A stretch of 64,000 bases of DNA from an uncultured Flavobacteriaceae bacterium. Its GTDB lineage: Bacteria; Bacteroidota; Bacteroidia; Flavobacteriales; Flavobacteriaceae. The stretch spans positions 683,121 through 747,120 of the forward strand of contig CAVQGP010000001.1 in NCBI GenBank assembly GCA_963712085.1. The letters are read 5' to 3'. Shown piece after piece: positions 62,193 through 64,000 of the stretch; the first letter of the stretch is position 1; the number at the start of each line of letters is the position of its first letter. The notes below the pieces were generated by a model. The model was not told the origin of the DNA. It ran no database searches and worked only from the letters and a program-made list of their open reading frames with translations. Made by a program: the position numbers and the translations under genes.

Positions 62193-62731
62193 TTGTGAAA
62201 TCGGTAAATATTGGAGAGAAAAAAACAATTGAGTATAAAGGTAAAATTGTTGAAACGGGCATTTTTAAATTTCCTGTAAATCATGCTGTTTTTTTAGGAG
62301 AAGAAGATGTGGTTGGAGATGCAGTTATTGATAGAAAATATCACGGAGGGCTAGATCAGGCCGTTTATGGTTATTCAGAAAATCATTACGAATATTGGAA
62401 AAAGTTATACCCTAATTTAGATTGGCAATATGGAATGTTTGGTGAAAATTTAACCATTTCAAATTTAGAGGAAACAGAGATTTATATTGGAAATACCTAT
62501 CAATTGGGAGAAGTTATTTTAGAAGTAACAAAACCAAGAGAACCATGCTTTAAACTTGGATTGCGATTTGGCACTCAGGCTATTTTAAAACAATTTTGGA
62601 ATACTACTAAAAGTGGCATTTATTTTAAAGTTTTAAAAATAGGTAAAGTAAATGTTGGTGATAAATTAACATTGATTAAAAGAAGTGAAAACTCAGTTAC
62701 GATTGCTGAAGTTTACGAAACAAAAAAATAA
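62189..62731 (+). CDS. MOSC domain protein (YiiM-like)
   Basis: TGIFK, HGG..AV, FGENL, PREPCFK. Confidence 0.9.
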   Translation: MIVKSVNIGEKKTIEYKGKIVETGIFKFPVNHAVFLGEEDVVGDAVIDRKYHGGLDQAVYGYSENHYEYWKKLYPNLDWQYGMFGENLTISNLEETEIYIGNTYQLGEVILEVTKPREPCFKLGLRFGTQAILKQFWNTTKSGIYFKVLKIGKVNVGDKLTLIKRSENSVTIAEVYETKK

Positions 62732-62768
62732 AACAGTTGTATTTTTAACTAAGAAAAAAATTCAATAA

Positions 62769-62796
62769 AAAAGGGTTCGCAATTGCGAACCCTTTT
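62769..62796. terminator. Bidirectional intrinsic terminator
   Basis: AAAAGGGTTCGC-aatt-GCGAACCCTTTT between MOSC and mscL. Confidence 0.9.
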
Positions 62797-62819
62797 CAGT
62801 AAATCAAAGAAAGTTTGGT

Positions 62820-63230
62820 TTATTTCTTAGATAACAAATCTCTTATTTCAGTTAATAACTCTTCTTGTGAAGGTCCTTTAGGGGCCGCCGGAGCAGGCAC
62901 TTCTTTTTTCTTAGTTTTATTAATAGCTTTAATCATCATAAACATTACAAATGCCACAATTATAAAATCTATAAGGTTGGTTAAAAATTCCCCATACAAT
63001 ACTGCAACTTCTCCTGTTACAGCACCAGCTTCATCTAAAACACCTTCATTTATAACATATTTTAAGTCCTTAAAGTCAGATTTGAAAATTAGGCCAATTA
63101 GAGGTGAAACAATTCCGCCTGTAAATGAAGATACAATTTTGTTAAAAGCTGCACCCATTACAAAACCAACTGCAATGTCAACAAGGTTTCCCTTCATTGC
63201 AAAATCTTTAAATTCTTTAAGCATTCCCAT
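62820..63230 (-). CDS. mscL: Large-conductance mechanosensitive channel
   Basis: EFKDFAMKGNLVDIAVG, YGEFL, LLTEIRDLL. Confidence 0.97.
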   Translation of the reverse strand: MGMLKEFKDFAMKGNLVDIAVGFVMGAAFNKIVSSFTGGIVSPLIGLIFKSDFKDLKYVINEGVLDEAGAVTGEVAVLYGEFLTNLIDFIIVAFVMFMMIKAINKTKKKEVPAPAAPKGPSQEELLTEIRDLLSKK

Positions 63231-63285
63231 TTTTATTCTTGTTTGAATTAATAATGATGCTAATGTAATAAAAAAAATAGATTTG

Positions 63286-64000
63286 TTAAAATATTGTTAA
63301 AACCCTTTTTATACGTTGTGAAATGGCAGTAAGCAATTCGTAAGGAATCGATTTTATTCTTTTTGCTAAATCTTCAATATGTTCTTGATTTTTATAAATA
63401 ACAGCTTCATCACCCTCGTTACAGTAAATATCGGTTACATTTACCATAATTACGTCCATACAAACATTTCCAAGAATTGGCGCTTTTTGATTATTGATGT
63501 AAACATAACCAATACCATTTCCAAATTGCCTTGAAATTCCATCAGCATGACCAATAGGAATAGTAGCTGTCCTTATAGTATTGTTAGCCATAAAAGCACG
63601 GTTGTAACCAACACTTTCTCCTTTTTCAATTGTGTGAATTTGAGAGATTACAGAAGTTAAGGTAAGCACATTTTTTAGCTTTTTAGTTTCTTTTTTTTCA
63701 TTCCCAAAGCCGTATAACCCAATTCCAAGTCGCACCATATCAAATTGAGCCTCTTCAGAATAATTTATAATACCGGAAGTATTTAGCATGTGTTTAAAAG
63801 GAATATTTTTCAAATTCGGGATTAATTCATCAGCTATAGCCTTGAAACTATTTATTTGATGCATTGTAAATTCACGTTCATTTAGATCTTCACTTGCTGC
63901 AATATGCGAGAAAATTGAAGAAATTTCAACGGCATCCTGACTATTAATAAGAAATGAAATTTCTGCTATATCTTTTTGGGAAAACCCCAATCTGTTCAAG
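63286..64000 (-). CDS. alr: Alanine racemase (5' part outside window)
   Basis: NRLGF, FSH, NTSG, DMVRLGIGLYG, VGY, VCMD, IPYELL. Confidence 0.93.
   Translation of the reverse strand, partial: LNRLGFSQKDIAEISFLINSQDAVEISSIFSHIAASEDLNEREFTMHQINSFKAIADELIPNLKNIPFKHMLNTSGIINYSEEAQFDMVRLGIGLYGFGNEKKETKKLKNVLTLTSVISQIHTIEKGESVGYNRAFMANNTIRTATIPIGHADGISRQFGNGIGYVYINNQKAPILGNVCMDVIMVNVTDIYCNEGDEAVIYKNQEHIEDLAKRIKSIPYELLTAISQRIKRVLTIF

Noticed and set aside
1372-63246. Short ORFs antisense or out of frame within known genes (e.g. 11467..11775, 25966..26313, 32085..32435, 47202..47609, 62815..63246)
   Set aside because: Shadow ORFs of well-supported genes, with no recognisable motifs.
1-64000. CRISPR array, IS element, integrase, prophage, tRNA/rRNA, defence island
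   Set aside because: No spaced 25-45 bp repeats, transposase or phage proteins, or RNA-gene signatures seen. Composition looks uniform and gene content is mostly core.

Overview
AT-rich chromosomal window from a Flavobacteriaceae genome (Lutibacter/Polaribacter-like, inferred from gene content, a T9SS C-terminal domain and TAnnTTTG promoters). It is mostly core genes: sufE/sufT, purF, PBP1A, mtgA, sod, fbp, lysC, panB, mutS, mgtE, rsmA, serS, ribF, pgi, hmgA-hppD, nfu/mrp, trmB, upp, gmk, nadD, mscL and alr. It also holds a signalling cluster (two kinases, an ECF sigma and a ZAS anti-sigma), a T9SS metalloprotease and a TonB-dependent receptor. I see no tRNA, rRNA, CRISPR, IS element or prophage. 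panB, mutS, a TrmH-family gene and a TPR gene are broken by single-base indels, most likely long-read consensus errors. The best lead is the 300 bp upstream of hmgA-hppD. It holds an unannotated, apparently leaderless 21-aa ORF, a palindrome with a promoter-like box on each strand, and a structured 5' UTR. This suggests a leader-peptide/RNA control element or an antisense sORF module. Other leads: an unannotated 47-aa ORF, an atypical sensor-less kinase, a SerA-like/VOC fusion, a phased operator array and a 5'-UTR VNTR. All calls come from reading the sequence; no searches were run.
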